A stretch of 42,212 nt of DNA from Nemertoderma westbladi (GCA_032718475.1 JAUCBJ010000387.1:1-42212); one strand, 5' to 3'. Shown: positions 22,201 to 32,324, counted from the stretch's first letter. Notes: generated by a model not told the origin, from the letters alone. Translations and numbers: made by a program.

Positions 22201-25200
22201 CTGTGGACCTACCTGTTTATGTTGTCTATTAATTACTTGTAGTGAACCTACAACCGTTGCTGTGGACCTACCTGTTTATGTTGTCTATTAATTACTTGCA
22301 ATGAACCTACAACCGTTGTTGTGGACCTACCTGTTTATGTTGTCTATTAATTACTTGTAGTGAACCTACAACCGTTGCTGTGGACCTACCTGTTTATGTT
22401 GTCTATTAAATACTTGTAGTGAACCTACAACCGTTGCTGTGGACCTACCTGTTTATGTTGTCTATTAATTACTTGTAGTGAACCTACAACCGTTGCTATG
22501 GACCTACCTGTTTATGTTGTCTATTAATTACTTGTAGTGAACCTACAACCTTTGCTATGGACCTACCTGTTTATGTTGTCTATTAATTACTTGTAGTGAA
22601 CCTACAACCGTTGCTGTGGACCTACCTGTTTATGTTGTCTATTAATTACTTGTAGTGAACCTACAACCGTTGCTATGGACCTACCTGTTTATGTTGTCTA
22701 TTAATTACTTGTAGTGAACCTACAACCGTTGCTGTGGACCTACCTGTTTATGTTGTCTATTAATTACTTGCAGTGAACCTACAACCGTTGCTGTGGACCT
22801 ACCTGTTTATGTTGTCTATTAATTACTTGCAGTGAACCTACAACCGTTGCTGTGGACCTACCTGTTTATGTTGTCTATTAATTACTTGCAATGAACCTAC
22901 AACCGTTGCTATGGACCTACCTGTTTATGTTGTCTATTAATTACTTGCAGTGAACCTACACCCGTTGCTGTGGACCTACCAGTTTATGTGGTGTATTAAT
23001 TACTTGCAATGAACCTACAACCGTTGCTGTGGACCTACCTGTTTATGTTGTCTATTAATTACTTGCAGTGAACCTACACCCGTTGCTGTGGACCTACCAG
23101 TTTATGTGGTGTATTAATTACTTGCAATGAACCTACAACCGTTGCTGTGGACCTACCTGTTTATGTTGTCTATTAATTACTTGTAGTGAACCTACAACCG
23201 TTGCTGTGGACCTACCTGTTTATGTTGTCTATTAATTACTTGTAGTGAACCTACAACCGTTGCTGTGGACCTACCTGTTGACTCTGGTCAGGCAGTTATG
23301 ACTGTAGTTGGTGCTCGTATAGTTCATATGGGACGTAATATTCGATCATCGAAACTCGTCTGTAATTGTTACCAATTCTATGCGGTAAGTTCTCAGAATT
23401 TAATATTCTATTACAATATTCATACATAAAATTAATTAAATAGACACAATATTCAAAACAACTTTTGTTAATATTTTTTATTTATGTTTTTTTAGACTTT
23501 GGATGAATTTTCATGCCCGGTGTCAAATTCTCGAACCGATTGGCTGAGCAGACCGCGCAATTTGGGTTGCCAGACGATTGATGATGATCCCAGCAAACAA
23601 GACACTCTGGATGATACCATTGAATGGATCTCTACCGCTGGGACAACTCAAATAGATCGAATAATTATAGATTTAGGTGTTGTGGCTAACACAGGTAAGT
23701 GTTCGCATGGTGAATTGTGGCTAATGCAGTTAAAAGTAGGCAATAAACCGTTGAAAAAGTTAAATAATTGTATAAAATTATATAATCATATTAATATATC
23801 ATTTATTCCAGTTGCATATTCAACTCCAATTAATTCATTAATGTAATTAATATCACCTGTTAGAGATACTCGAGCTGAATAGTTATTTATTTGTACTTTC
23901 CTCCTGTTTCACTCTAACATACTTGAGGCCGTTAGGTCCGCTGTTAGAGATAGAATATATGCAACTTAAGACTGCCCGTTCAATATAAGTGGATTAGGTG
24001 GGAGTGTGAGTGTCAGGGGCTAGTAGGTGAGCTGGTTAGCGCTACTTAAGCGGCCTGACAGGCCGAAACATACGTATAGCTCTGGTTCAACCCCCGGTGA
24101 CGTGCTTTAAAACATTTTTTTTTTCAATTTCTCAACAATATCATATTTAAATAAGATAAATATAATTTTATAATATTTTATAAACCGAAAGAGTTTAATG
24201 AAAGTTAAAAATTTGAGGTTTGTAACAAGCACAATCGTTGATCTGAGTAAAAAAATTAGGGAAATTAGGTTTAGGAAAATATTATAAATCGTGGATATTT
24301 TTAGGACATTGGAGGCGTTTGGAACCTCTTTGCGAATACGACGACATGCTGATTCTGGAGGTAGAAGTTCAGATGGAAGATGCAGATATTAGTACTCCAG
24401 AGAACGCAGTACATCCAGTAGTTGTTACATGTAGTTCCGTTCTAACAACACATTCTCCAAGAGATGACGTCACTGCTCGGTTAGTTCGTTGTTACGTGAC
24501 TGCATTATAATGCGTCCTGTTGATAATTCTGTACTCAGTCTGACAAATTTCGCAACAAATATTTGATCAATTTATGTTTAATAATAATTTATTAATTATA
24601 AATAGGTTCACTCTGGGCCAACGCCCTATGTTGTCATTGAATATGGAAGTAATCCCGGGAGGCTTTGATACATCATATACGTACATAGAAGATGACAGAT
24701 TATATATATACAATCGACAGTAAGTTACATTTATTTTGTTGACGTTCGTTAATTTGGTTTTTCCTATTAGGACCGTAAATTAAGGTTTTGTAACATAATA
24801 TTTACTATGACGCTTCAAGAAGTGTGTGATTCTCAGCGGTTCTGAATGGGCCAAATCAGCAATCTCTGTCAGTCTGTCTGTCCTTCCGCATGACACTGAA
24901 TGTCCTCATTAACATTTTATGAACAACTAACAGATCGCATTAAAATATGATTCCAGGGCTGGGGTTTCATATGTGTTTACCGTTACCCATATGAACCACC
25001 CAATATCTAAAGCCGAAGCAAAAGATTTACAAATCGCATTCTATTTGCCTATTTACATCAACTTGGAGAAGATCACGATCCAGATTAATGCGACCGAGCT
25101 ATCACCGACTAATGACACAACACCCGCTAATGGCACAACACCCGCTGGTGACACAACACCCGCTGATGACACAACACCCGCTGATGACACAACACCCGCT

Positions 25201-28200
25201 GGTGACACAACACCCGCTGGTGACACAACACCCGCTGATGACACAACACCCGCTGGTGACACAACACCCGCTGGTAACACAACACCCGCTGGTGACACAA
25301 CACCCGCTGGTGACACAACACCCGCTAATGACACAACACCGACAGATGAAAGCAAATTAACACCTATTAATATCACCGTATTAAAACAACTTACAGAGGA
25401 AGAGATGAATTTTCAATCCACGGATGGCACCAAATACAAGGCGCTTACCGTAGAACACATTAGTGGCGGTCTTATCAAACTCTCTGTAAGTTACCAGTTT
25501 ATTTACAATAGTAAAAAATTGTAACAAAAAATTAATTATTACTCTTTTAGATTGAAATGTCTTTCTAAGTTTCTATGAAATTTAATATGCAGCTGAAACC
25601 TTATTTAATTCATTATTTTATTTTATTGATCCTTTATTATTTAATAGTAGTTATTACACTACTTCCTTTAATAAAACAACAATTTTTAGCAAATCAACCC
25701 CCCCCCCCATATTTCTTTTAAAATTTAAATCAAATGCTACGAAATGTGGTATGAAGATAGTTCGCGATTCATTGAAGAAGTAAATCGATATACTGTAATT
25801 CTAATGTTTGTTTTTTTGGGGTGGGGTGGGGGGCTGCTAAAATTATTGTTGTATTAAGTGGATGGTGAATATTTTATAATTTTAGTCAGTTCGCTTAACT
25901 CAAAAAAAGAGGTTGATTTGGATGTTATGGACAAAAGTACCATAATTAACAGAGGTGTAGCTACAACATACCTACCTCCATGTACAGGATGTCCTGCAGT
26001 CTGTTAACAAAATAAACAAGCAATTGTATTAAAGGATTGGCCTCGAGGTCTCTTCTTTACTTTTTCAATTTCAGTTATTATTTCTGTGGTTGATCGTTTT
26101 ATAGCAACCCTGTCGAATTTCTAGTTATTGAAATCAACCTCACAGACTTTATGCCAAACAGCATGATTGCAAATAGTCTTCCTCGAGATGGATACGCACG
26201 TGCTATGCAGCAATCGCCATGCGAAGGAAATATTACCTACTACTACTAGTATCGGCATGCTGCATTGCAGCTGCATTTTTAAGAATGCTGTGCCGGCTTG
26301 TCGACAAAATTGCGCCGCCACAACTCCCTATCACCCATGACATTTGCTAGATCATCTGCATCTTCAAGGCCAGTGTCCTTTAAGATGCGTCTCAAGAAAG
26401 TCATGGGCTGTCCACTATGCTTATTCACTCCATGAGGCTGCCAAAGTACAAGATTATGCACTGGTTGGTCCTCACGGCGAAAGCAATGTCCTGCAAAGCG
26501 GATGCGATTTTGTTCTAGTGTCAAGCTTGGGGGAACCAATGAGACACCTCCAATGTTATATAGTGTCTGGTTGGAGATGTGTGCATTGTACTTGACACAA
26601 TGAACCCGGCGTATCATTCTTGTGAATGTGCCATCCAGAGATTTGGTGTCCTCAGCAGTTAGAGCCCAGCATGGACTCCCATAGAGGAGTACTGGAACTA
26701 CTGCTGCTTAAAATAATCGGACCTTAAGTTTCCGATTAATTCTCGATGACTTCCAAATCCTGGAAAGCCTATTCAAGGCTGCCCATGCCTTTCCCTTACG
26801 TATTCGAAGGTCCTCACCTGACTTCCGGATCCATGATCCCAGGTAACAGAAGTCGTCCACATGCTCAAGCATACCATCCTTTGAGCTTATGCTCATCCGA
26901 TCAGAGACTTGCTGAGAACTTTCAAAGTTAACTGCCAAAATTTTGGTCTTTCTGGAGTTAATAAAAAGACCAACACTAGAAGCAGCATGTTCTAATGAGC
27001 TGAGGAGCCGTTGGGCTCCCTCTAGTGATTCTGAGAGTAATCCTAAGTCATCAGCAAAGTCTAGATCAGTTAGGTACTTGGCAGGATTTCCTAGACTTCT
27101 GGAGCCAGTAGGTGGAGTTATCATCACCCCATCATCATTATGATGATCTAAGGACATGCGTAGAACATAGTCAACCACAATTATGAACAAGAATGGTGCA
27201 AGTGTGTCTCCCTGGAGGACTCCCCATAACACTTCAAATGGTTCTGTGTCACCATCAACAGTAGACACAAATGTTGTCGAACCATCGTATACTGATCTGA
27301 TTGCTGCAATAATTTCATCAGGAATCCCATATAATGAAAGTATGCTGAACATACGTGAGCGAGAGACGAATCAAAGGCCTTGAAGAAGTCAACAAAGATA
27401 ACAGCCAGATGCCTGTCTTTCTTTTTAGATAACTCTTCAATTATCCTTCTAAGTGCCAAAATGGGTTCCATGGTCCCACGACCTTTACGGAACCCATTCT
27501 GATTTCCACGGAGCAGTCTCTCAATGGGATCCCTGATGCGATTTAATAGAATTCTATTGTATAGCTTTGCAGCAATCGAGATCAATGAGATTCCCCGAAA
27601 AGAACCATAGAGTGTTAGGTTGCCCTTCTTGGGAACTGGCACCAACTTATTTGTTTTCATTTCTTGTGGGACTCTTGTTGTTCGGTACATGTCTACTATG
27701 ATGGGATAGATGAGCTTTAAATACTCAGGTATTTTAAAGACCTCAGGGGGAACACCATCTACTCCACTGGCACGATTGGTCTTAATGCTCTTTGCAGCAG
27801 CCTTCACTTCTGCAAAGGAGATATCGCCAATGGGAATATCTGGGAGTACAGACTCAGATACTTTTACTTCTATAAAGTTATCAGGCAATACCCTGTCATT
27901 ATTGAGGAGCTTTTCAAAGTGGGCCTTCCAACCATTGAGGCGATCGGCTGGTGATTCAGCCTTAACCTTGGTTGGCTTTTTTGCCCAGTAAGCAAGTTGA
28001 TTGATTTCCATGCCTGGGATGATTTCCTCGACTTCTAGAGCCAGTAGGTGGAGTTATCATCATCCCATCATCATTATAATGATATAATATACATGCGTAG
28101 AACATAGTCAACCACAACAAAGTGGGCTTTCCAACCATTGAGGCGATCGGCTGGTGATTCAGCCTTAACCTTGGTGGTTGGTTGGCTTTTCCGCCCAGTA

Positions 28201-31200
28201 AGCAGATTGATCGATTTCCATGCCTGGGATGATTGCCTGCTGTCGTCAGCATTATTGATGGCATCAACCTGTTGGTTTATTAGCTCCTGTAGACTGCCTG
28301 TTCAGGGACCTAGATGCAGCCTTAACTGCATTCTTGGCCGCTGTAGTCTGTTTGAGTCGGGACTCTTTCTGCGCCTTATAAAGGTCATTTCGGCAAATAT
28401 TGCCTCCCCTATTATTATGTAACACTCGAAAATAAAACTTGCTAATACTGTAAAATAAACTTTATGATTGCTGTGGGAAACCATCATTGCAATGCATGTA
28501 AAGTAAGTACACAAATAAATTGTGCAATTTTTTCCATAATATCTCACATAATGCCACGCATATTTTTTTAAATCAGAAGTTTATTACCTTCTAAATGTAA
28601 AAATAAGAAAAATATAAAAAAAGAAGCGCTAACACAAAATAATTGCTATAGTAACTATATTGACTTTGCCAGTGGCAATAGTGCTCTACTATGTAATAAG
28701 GAATAAGTGATATGCACATGAGCAGTGAGCATGAGCAGTGAGCACATGAGAACAGCTGAGGTAATTTAAACATGTTTTTTCAGTATATAATATTTATTAT
28801 CCTCGTCATTACAAATGTTATCGGTTACCATGGCGACAGAAACAAACTTGAATAGTCTGGAAATCATATTCGGAACTATATTAAATTTGGTAAAATATAT
28901 TTAGTGGCTTGTCACCATGGTTGCATGACTACCAAGAGTCTCTTTAAATTGGTCCACTACTAGAAATCAAGAGGGTCTCTTGGACAATATATTTATAATA
29001 TTAGGTGATTTTTCCAAATAGGGGATTAATAAATCAATGGATTTATATTTTTCGGATATATTCTGTATAACTACGTATTTGTAATAATTGCCATGGTGAC
29101 CCTGTTTTACAAACAACAAAAATGGGACGATCTCATGTTGCCATGGTAATATAAATCTAAATCTAAATTGTGTTACAAAGTTGGTTTCCCTTAAAATATG
29201 AAAGTTATAGAAGTACCAATTATGGTACTTTTGTCCAGAACGTGCACATTAACTATGCGATCTGACTAATTTGTAGGTTTCATGTTGTCATGTTTATGTG
29301 GAGTTTTTTTTAATTTCATTTTTTAATTTGATTGCTAATGGATTATGTCGTGTTTCTGTTTGTGTTTTAGGCTGACAGGGTTTTTTTCTCAGATACACTT
29401 AGAGCTCAGTTTTACGCTACAATTGATTTCAACTCAATTCTTAAAATTCCGAAGTTATATTGGGCGACATCGCCGGCTGAGATGATGTGGAAACGGCAAG
29501 TAAAGAGCAACTACGGGGACCCGAGCGAGGACCAATCGTCGGCTGGCGGCTGGTACAGACCGGCCGCACAGTTCGTAACTTACCGGTTCGTTATAGAATG
29601 TAAGTCGGTTAGCTGCATCTCATTGGTTAAAGCTAATTTGCTTAGGGACATCTGATTGGTTACATCTCCATCGTTACATATTCTAAATCATTAAGGTGAA
29701 ATAGAAATACAATTGAAATCTAGTACGTACATTTTGATATGGTTTGTTGGCCTGGTAACAAAATAAATGAGCTTGATCATACAGTTTGGTACAGGCTAAA
29801 TCGGCCTTCTCCCTCTGTGTTTCTGTTTGTGTGTCTGCTGTCTGTCTGTCTGTATTTAACAACGTCCCCCCGATGTTTATAATATGTCGTATTATTATTA
29901 CTTAATGAGAAGCTCGGGTGATTAATTAATTTGCCTGTTAAGTGACGATTGGATCTATATGGTATAGATCGATTAGATCAATAAACACGATTCGAGAAAT
30001 CGTATTTTTGATACTCGATTGTGAGACTATGTTCTGAGACAAGGTATAATGATTTAATGTTATTAATATTTATAATGATATGTTTTCTGATTAGCTAAAT
30101 GTGAGAATGGTGCGGATTTGATGGATCTGGGTGTGACATCCGGCCTTATTTCGGAGTGCCAGATGGTCGCATCGACCTCAATGGATGATTGGCATAGGCC
30201 CTTTAACGCCAGACTACCAGACCCGAATGGTTAGTACAAACTCAAGTTGCCTGACTCACACAATTAAATATGTACCGGAACAGTGCGGAATACCACCGCA
30301 TCCAAAAGCTTAGTGTAATCCTTCATCCGCAAATAATTATTGTTGATGCAAGGCGACTATTAAGATGATCGTTTCACATACGTTCAACAAATTCGTAGCA
30401 ACCGGTATATTGTATGGAAACTCGTCTGGCCATAGGCTACTCATTATTAAAAGTAGTAACTATACGCAAGTAACAGATGAGTGATTACTCTCAAATATAT
30501 AACTGTGTAACCTTTACTATTGTGTTTAGTGTATTGTTTTGGTTAAACTAACTTGCCACTGTAACCTGCTCCTTTCTCTAAATTGAGAATTTAACATTGA
30601 GGCGAGATATTAATTCGCCAAGATGGGATTTGGGACCAGTTCCCCCCCATCTGTCTCCTATGAAAATATATTAATCATCGCTAATATGTTATTATTATTA
30701 TTATCTTTTAATCCAGAAAACAGGTTTCCATATTAAAATAAACTAAACAAACAAACAGACATAAAGTAGCAAACATAAACTAAACATTTACATACAACAA
30801 TACGAGCACAAATCAAACAGAACATAATTCATGTTATAATTAATAATAATAACCATTTAAACTAACTAGCCCAGTTATTGCAAATTAGCATTTGTCTCAA
30901 GCGTGAATCTTCCCCCAATCTACTTGCTACGTTCACTGCACATTATATTTTGTTTACCGATTTACCAACTCTAGAAAATAAACTATGTATAGATTTAAAC
31001 CGTAAATGCACAAATAATGGTATATTAAAACTACTAAAGGCCAGAGTGATGCTCGTTGGTTCACCGTCGGTCATCCGTGGTATATTAAATAGCCTCCTAA
31101 AACAATTATTGTAAGCAACTCTGTATATTCCTATCACCAACAATATAACTGTAACCTGTTCTATTGAATAGATTGGTTAGAGTAACGTATCACGTTAACC

Positions 31201-32296
31201 TGTTCCTTTCCCTTATTTAATGGTGAATACTCGATTTTAGTGTTAATTAATATATTTAGTGCTAATTAATTTATGTTAGTGATGATTAACATATTTGGTG
31301 GAAAGTGAATATTTTAGTGACTTTCCTGTTAAATTTAGAGAAAAATTAATATTTTTAGTAGGTCGATAAATGACTGTCAATACTAATCAGTCACCAATTA
31401 ATTATTATGTAATATATCATTTAATTAGGTTGGCGATCCGCGAATTGGCAAGGGCACTACAGAGGTCACCAATGGCTGGCCATCGCGTTTCCTGGTGAAA
31501 AAATGGTCGCTAAACTCCTAATATCTGAGGATTCAAACGTAGAAAAATTTAAGTTATCATTTAAACCCCACTTGGGTTCCAATTGGAGGGATTATAGCGA
31601 ACAGAAAAACCTGAAAATAGTTTGTATTTATTAATAAATATAATAAATATTATTTACTGATAAATATTCTTTTAATTCTTTTTGTAATTATAGCGAATAA
31701 TAATTAATGGGATTGGATTTTAATCCCAATGCTGTAGGACGGGTCCTAATACATTTTTATTTTATATTCTTTGCTGTCCTCGATTGTTGCTGTGGATAAC
31801 CCAATAAACTAGTATACAACAAGTATAAACAAGTATATACTATTCGTTTCCAATTTTACTTAAAAAAAAGCCTGTTATTTTGTATAGAGGAACTTGCGTG
31901 CCCGGGGTCACCGGTGGGAACATAACATATCAAAGGGAGGAGTTTGGAACGGATCTGTTATTTTGTATTGTTCCTGTCTCCATGTGCAGTAAAAACTCGG
32001 ATAATGGAAGCACGGAAGAAAAGCGGTTCTTTTTCTTGGAAAATGATTTCAAACAATTTGGTAAAATATAATGTTGTATTCTTATACAGTTTGAACGCCA
32101 TAGAGACAGCAGAGTAGTTGATGACTCAGAGTACCCATTCAATCTGCACGAGTACCTGTTGCGGGATCCGGTCCGGGCGGAGTTTATGCGGATTACGGTG
32201 CTGGACGAAGGTTCCGGGGCGTACGCCTCCTTGCGGTTCGAGGTCTACGGCTGTCATATGACGCCCGTGGAGGAGTTCACCAACGCTGGTTGGTGA
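7058..32296 (+). CDS. Multi-exon gene (>=15 exons, ~981 aa visible, 5' end outside window): putative extracellular protein with repeated beta-rich modules, mucin-like tract and F5/8 type C (discoidin) domain
   Basis: Exons 7058-7283, 10556-10715, 10861-10986, 11293-11532, 11698-11835, 12510-12649, 23246-23384, 23496-23694, 24305-24479, 24606-24719, 24957-25485, 29371-29599, 30095-30229, 31429-31619, 32090-32296 (or 32288). All introns are GT-AG, all phases are compatible and there are no internal stops. Confidence 0.85.
7543..7614 (-). tRNA. trnM-CAT: tRNA-Met initiator (CAT)
   Basis: Reverse complement AGCAGAGTGGCGCAGTGGAAGCGTGCTGGGCCCATAACCCAGAGGTCCGTGGATCGAAACCACGCTCTGCTA: A1-U72 pair, GGG/CCC anticodon stem, GATCG T-loop, and a T4 run shortly downstream. 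Confidence 0.97.
7870..8210. repeat. 15-bp minisatellite (TCGATATTTTTACTC / GCGATATTTTTATTC variants), ~20 copies
   Basis: Direct inspection; accounts for the low-complexity ORFs at 7842-8279. Confidence 0.85.
8210..9480 (-). mobile_element. 5' part (5' UTR plus decayed APE endonuclease) of an RTE-like LINE
   Basis: ORF 8480-8890: VNTLG...LSAVGIQEHR...GGIGLLMN...ISNRII, then FITFLGDL. These are APE endonuclease motifs, interrupted by stops. Confidence 0.75.
9505..10312 (+). mobile_element. 3' part of the RTE-like LINE family also found at 26239-28394 (RT C-terminus to (TAG)n-like tail), decayed
   Basis: EQVDDFCYLGS.IRKSGE.LRI.KGKAWAALN and RRILKDTGLEDADDLANV match the 26279-27352 copy; ends GCAGCTGCAATGCAGTATGCCGATCGTAGTAG. 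Confidence 0.85.
10556..10715 (+). CDS. Visible exon 2 (FTAQFLRQKARDGMIDGQSF...GTPTSSE)
   Basis: ttttcag acceptor, gtgagt donor, phase 2/0. Confidence 0.85.
10861..10986 (+). CDS. Visible exon 3 (GDIDPIIEF...TVKDYK)
   Basis: atttcag acceptor, gtaagt donor, phase 0/0. Confidence 0.9.
11293..11532 (+). CDS. Visible exon 4 (VKVEVD...SVGNNMPCL...LDIGITCNS...FNNL)
   Basis: ttttttag acceptor, gtaagc donor, phase 0/0. Confidence 0.9.
11698..11835 (+). CDS. Visible exon 5 (ARFELTLLISDDP...ITYDIE)
   Basis: tccttag acceptor, gtgaga donor, phase 0/0. Confidence 0.85.
12147..12305. repeat. 39-bp tandem repeat, 4 copies, each with an internal inverted repeat
   Basis: Unit GCTGGGACCTCAGGGCATTAAGGACTCCCAGCATTACCA; GCTGGGA/TCCCAGC stem. 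Confidence 0.95.
12510..12649 (+). CDS. Visible exon 6 (LENDTSNQHLAELPPCE...PIPEMY)
   Basis: ccattgtag acceptor, AG|gtattc donor, phase 0/2. Confidence 0.85.
12712..23279 (+). repeat. 59-bp minisatellite, ~178 copies (10.5 kb); each copy is a 3' splice site plus the first ~34 nt of exon 7
   Basis: Unit TATGTTGTCTATTAATTACTTGYAG|TGAACCTACAACCGTTGCTGTGGACCTACCTGTT. The last copy (acceptor 23244-45) continues into unique coding sequence; the first copy is degenerate. Confidence 0.97.
23246..23384 (+). CDS. Visible exon 7 (EPTTVAVDLPVDSGQAVMTVVGARIVHMGRNIRSSKLVCNCYQFYA)
   Basis: Starts inside the last repeat copy; phase 2 joins exon 6 (AG+T = Ser); gtaagt donor, phase 0. Confidence 0.88.
23496..23694 (+). 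CDS. Visible exon 8 (TLDEFSCPV...IIIDLGVVANT)
   Basis: tttttttag acceptor, gtaagt donor, phase 0/1. Confidence 0.9.
24012..24124 (+). ncRNA. tRNA-like Pol III element (SINE-like) with a central degenerate type I hammerhead fold
   Basis: A-box-like TAGGTGAGCTGG (24024), B-box-like GGTTCAACCCC (24084), GTCA/TGAC ends and a T10 run. The centre reads GCTA-CTTAAGC-GGCCT gac AGGCC-GAAAC atac GTA-TAGC. Confidence 0.5.
24305..24479 (+). CDS. Visible exon 9 (HWRRLEPLCEYDDMLILEVEVQMED...DDVTA)
   Basis: tttttag acceptor, CG|gttagt donor, phase 1/2. Confidence 0.85.
24606..24719 (+). CDS. Visible exon 10 (FTLGQRPMLSLNMEVIPGG...LYIYNR)
   Basis: aaatag acceptor, CA|gtaagt donor, phase 2/2. Confidence 0.8.
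24957..25485 (+). CDS. Visible exon 11, containing the mucin-like (GDTTPA)n tract
   Basis: ttccag acceptor, gtaagt donor, phase 2/0; matches ORF 24973-25524. Confidence 0.88.
25111..25341 (+). repeat. Coding 18-bp tandem repeat, ~13 copies, (G/D/N)DTTPA
   Basis: Unit GGTGACACAACACCCGCT. Confidence 0.95.
25664..25862. mobile_element. Possible small MITE (imperfect ~45-bp inverted repeats)
   Basis: TTAATAAAACAACAATTTTTAGC...Cn versus Gn...GCTAAAATTATTGTTGTATTAA; no TSD identified. Confidence 0.35.
25883..29268. mobile_element. Non-autonomous DNA transposon, Academ-like (TAG...CTA ends, 4-bp TSD ATTT), interrupted by a LINE
   Basis: TIR parts TAGTCAGTTCGC / GCGATCTGACTA, plus a perfect 20-bp pair TGGACAAAAGTACCATAATT (25928-47) / AATTATGGTACTTTTGTCCA (29218-37). 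ATTT lies at 25879-82 and 29269-72. The superfamily is inferred only from the ends and TSD length. Confidence 0.7.
26239..28394 (-). mobile_element. 5'-truncated, frameshifted RTE-like LINE (reverse transcriptase)
   Basis: RT motifs FRGISLISIAAKLY, QNGFRKGR, FVDFFKAFDS, GVLQGDTLAPFLF, LDFADD and FCYLGS; (TAG)n tail; candidate TSD AAATATTACCT (26228) / AAATATTGCCT (28395). Confidence 0.92.
29371..29599 (+). CDS. Visible exon 12 (ADRVFFSDTLRAQFYATIDF...YRFVIE)
   Basis: gttttag acceptor, T|gtaagt donor, phase 0/1. Confidence 0.88.
30095..30229 (+). CDS. Visible exon 13, start of the F5/8 type C domain (KCENGADLMDLGVTSGLISECQMVASTSMDDWHRPFNARL)
   Basis: Fits the discoidin N-terminus C..pLGm.sg.I.d.QitASS....p..ARL; phase 1/1. 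Confidence 0.9.
30690..31150 (-). mobile_element. Short 3' fragment of a LINE with a (TAA)n tail
   Basis: ORF 30943-31143 VAYNNCFRRLFNIPR... resembles post-RT C-termini of LINEs; (TAA)n tail near 30690-30703. Confidence 0.55.
31429..31619 (+). CDS. Visible exon 14, F5/8 type C core (GWRSANW...HQWLAIAFPGEKMVAKL...VEKFKLSF...WRDY)
   Basis: Discoidin pattern W......qWLqvdl......v..fkv.ys....W..y; phase 1/0. Confidence 0.9.
32090..32296 (+). CDS. Visible exon 15, end of the F5/8 type C domain (DPVRAEFMRITV...SLRFEVYGC)
   Basis: Classic P..Ar.vRi....LR.ElyGC ending. It stops at TGA 32294-96 or splices at G|gttggt (32289). Confidence 0.88.
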   Translation, partial: FERHRDSRVVDDSEYPFNLHEYLLRDPVRAEFMRITVLDEGSGAYASLRFEVYGCHMTPVEEFTNAGW

Positions 32297-32324
32297 ATTT
32301 ATATTATATATATTAAATAAATTT

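Noticed and set aside
12712-23279. CRISPR array, or a series of micro-exons (31-nt exon plus 28-nt GT-AG intron)
   Set aside because: No unique spacers, no cas genes, eukaryotic context. 31-nt exons shift frame and a second one begins with in-frame TGA; many copies lack AG.
25053-25376. Alternative-frame ORFs (AGVVSP)n, (TQHPLV)n, (HQRVLC)n
   Set aside because: They are other frames of the 18-bp coding repeat.
31880-32071. 63-aa ORF as an extra exon
   Set aside because: Exons 14 and 15 already join in phase into a continuous discoidin domain, and this ORF has no recognisable motif.
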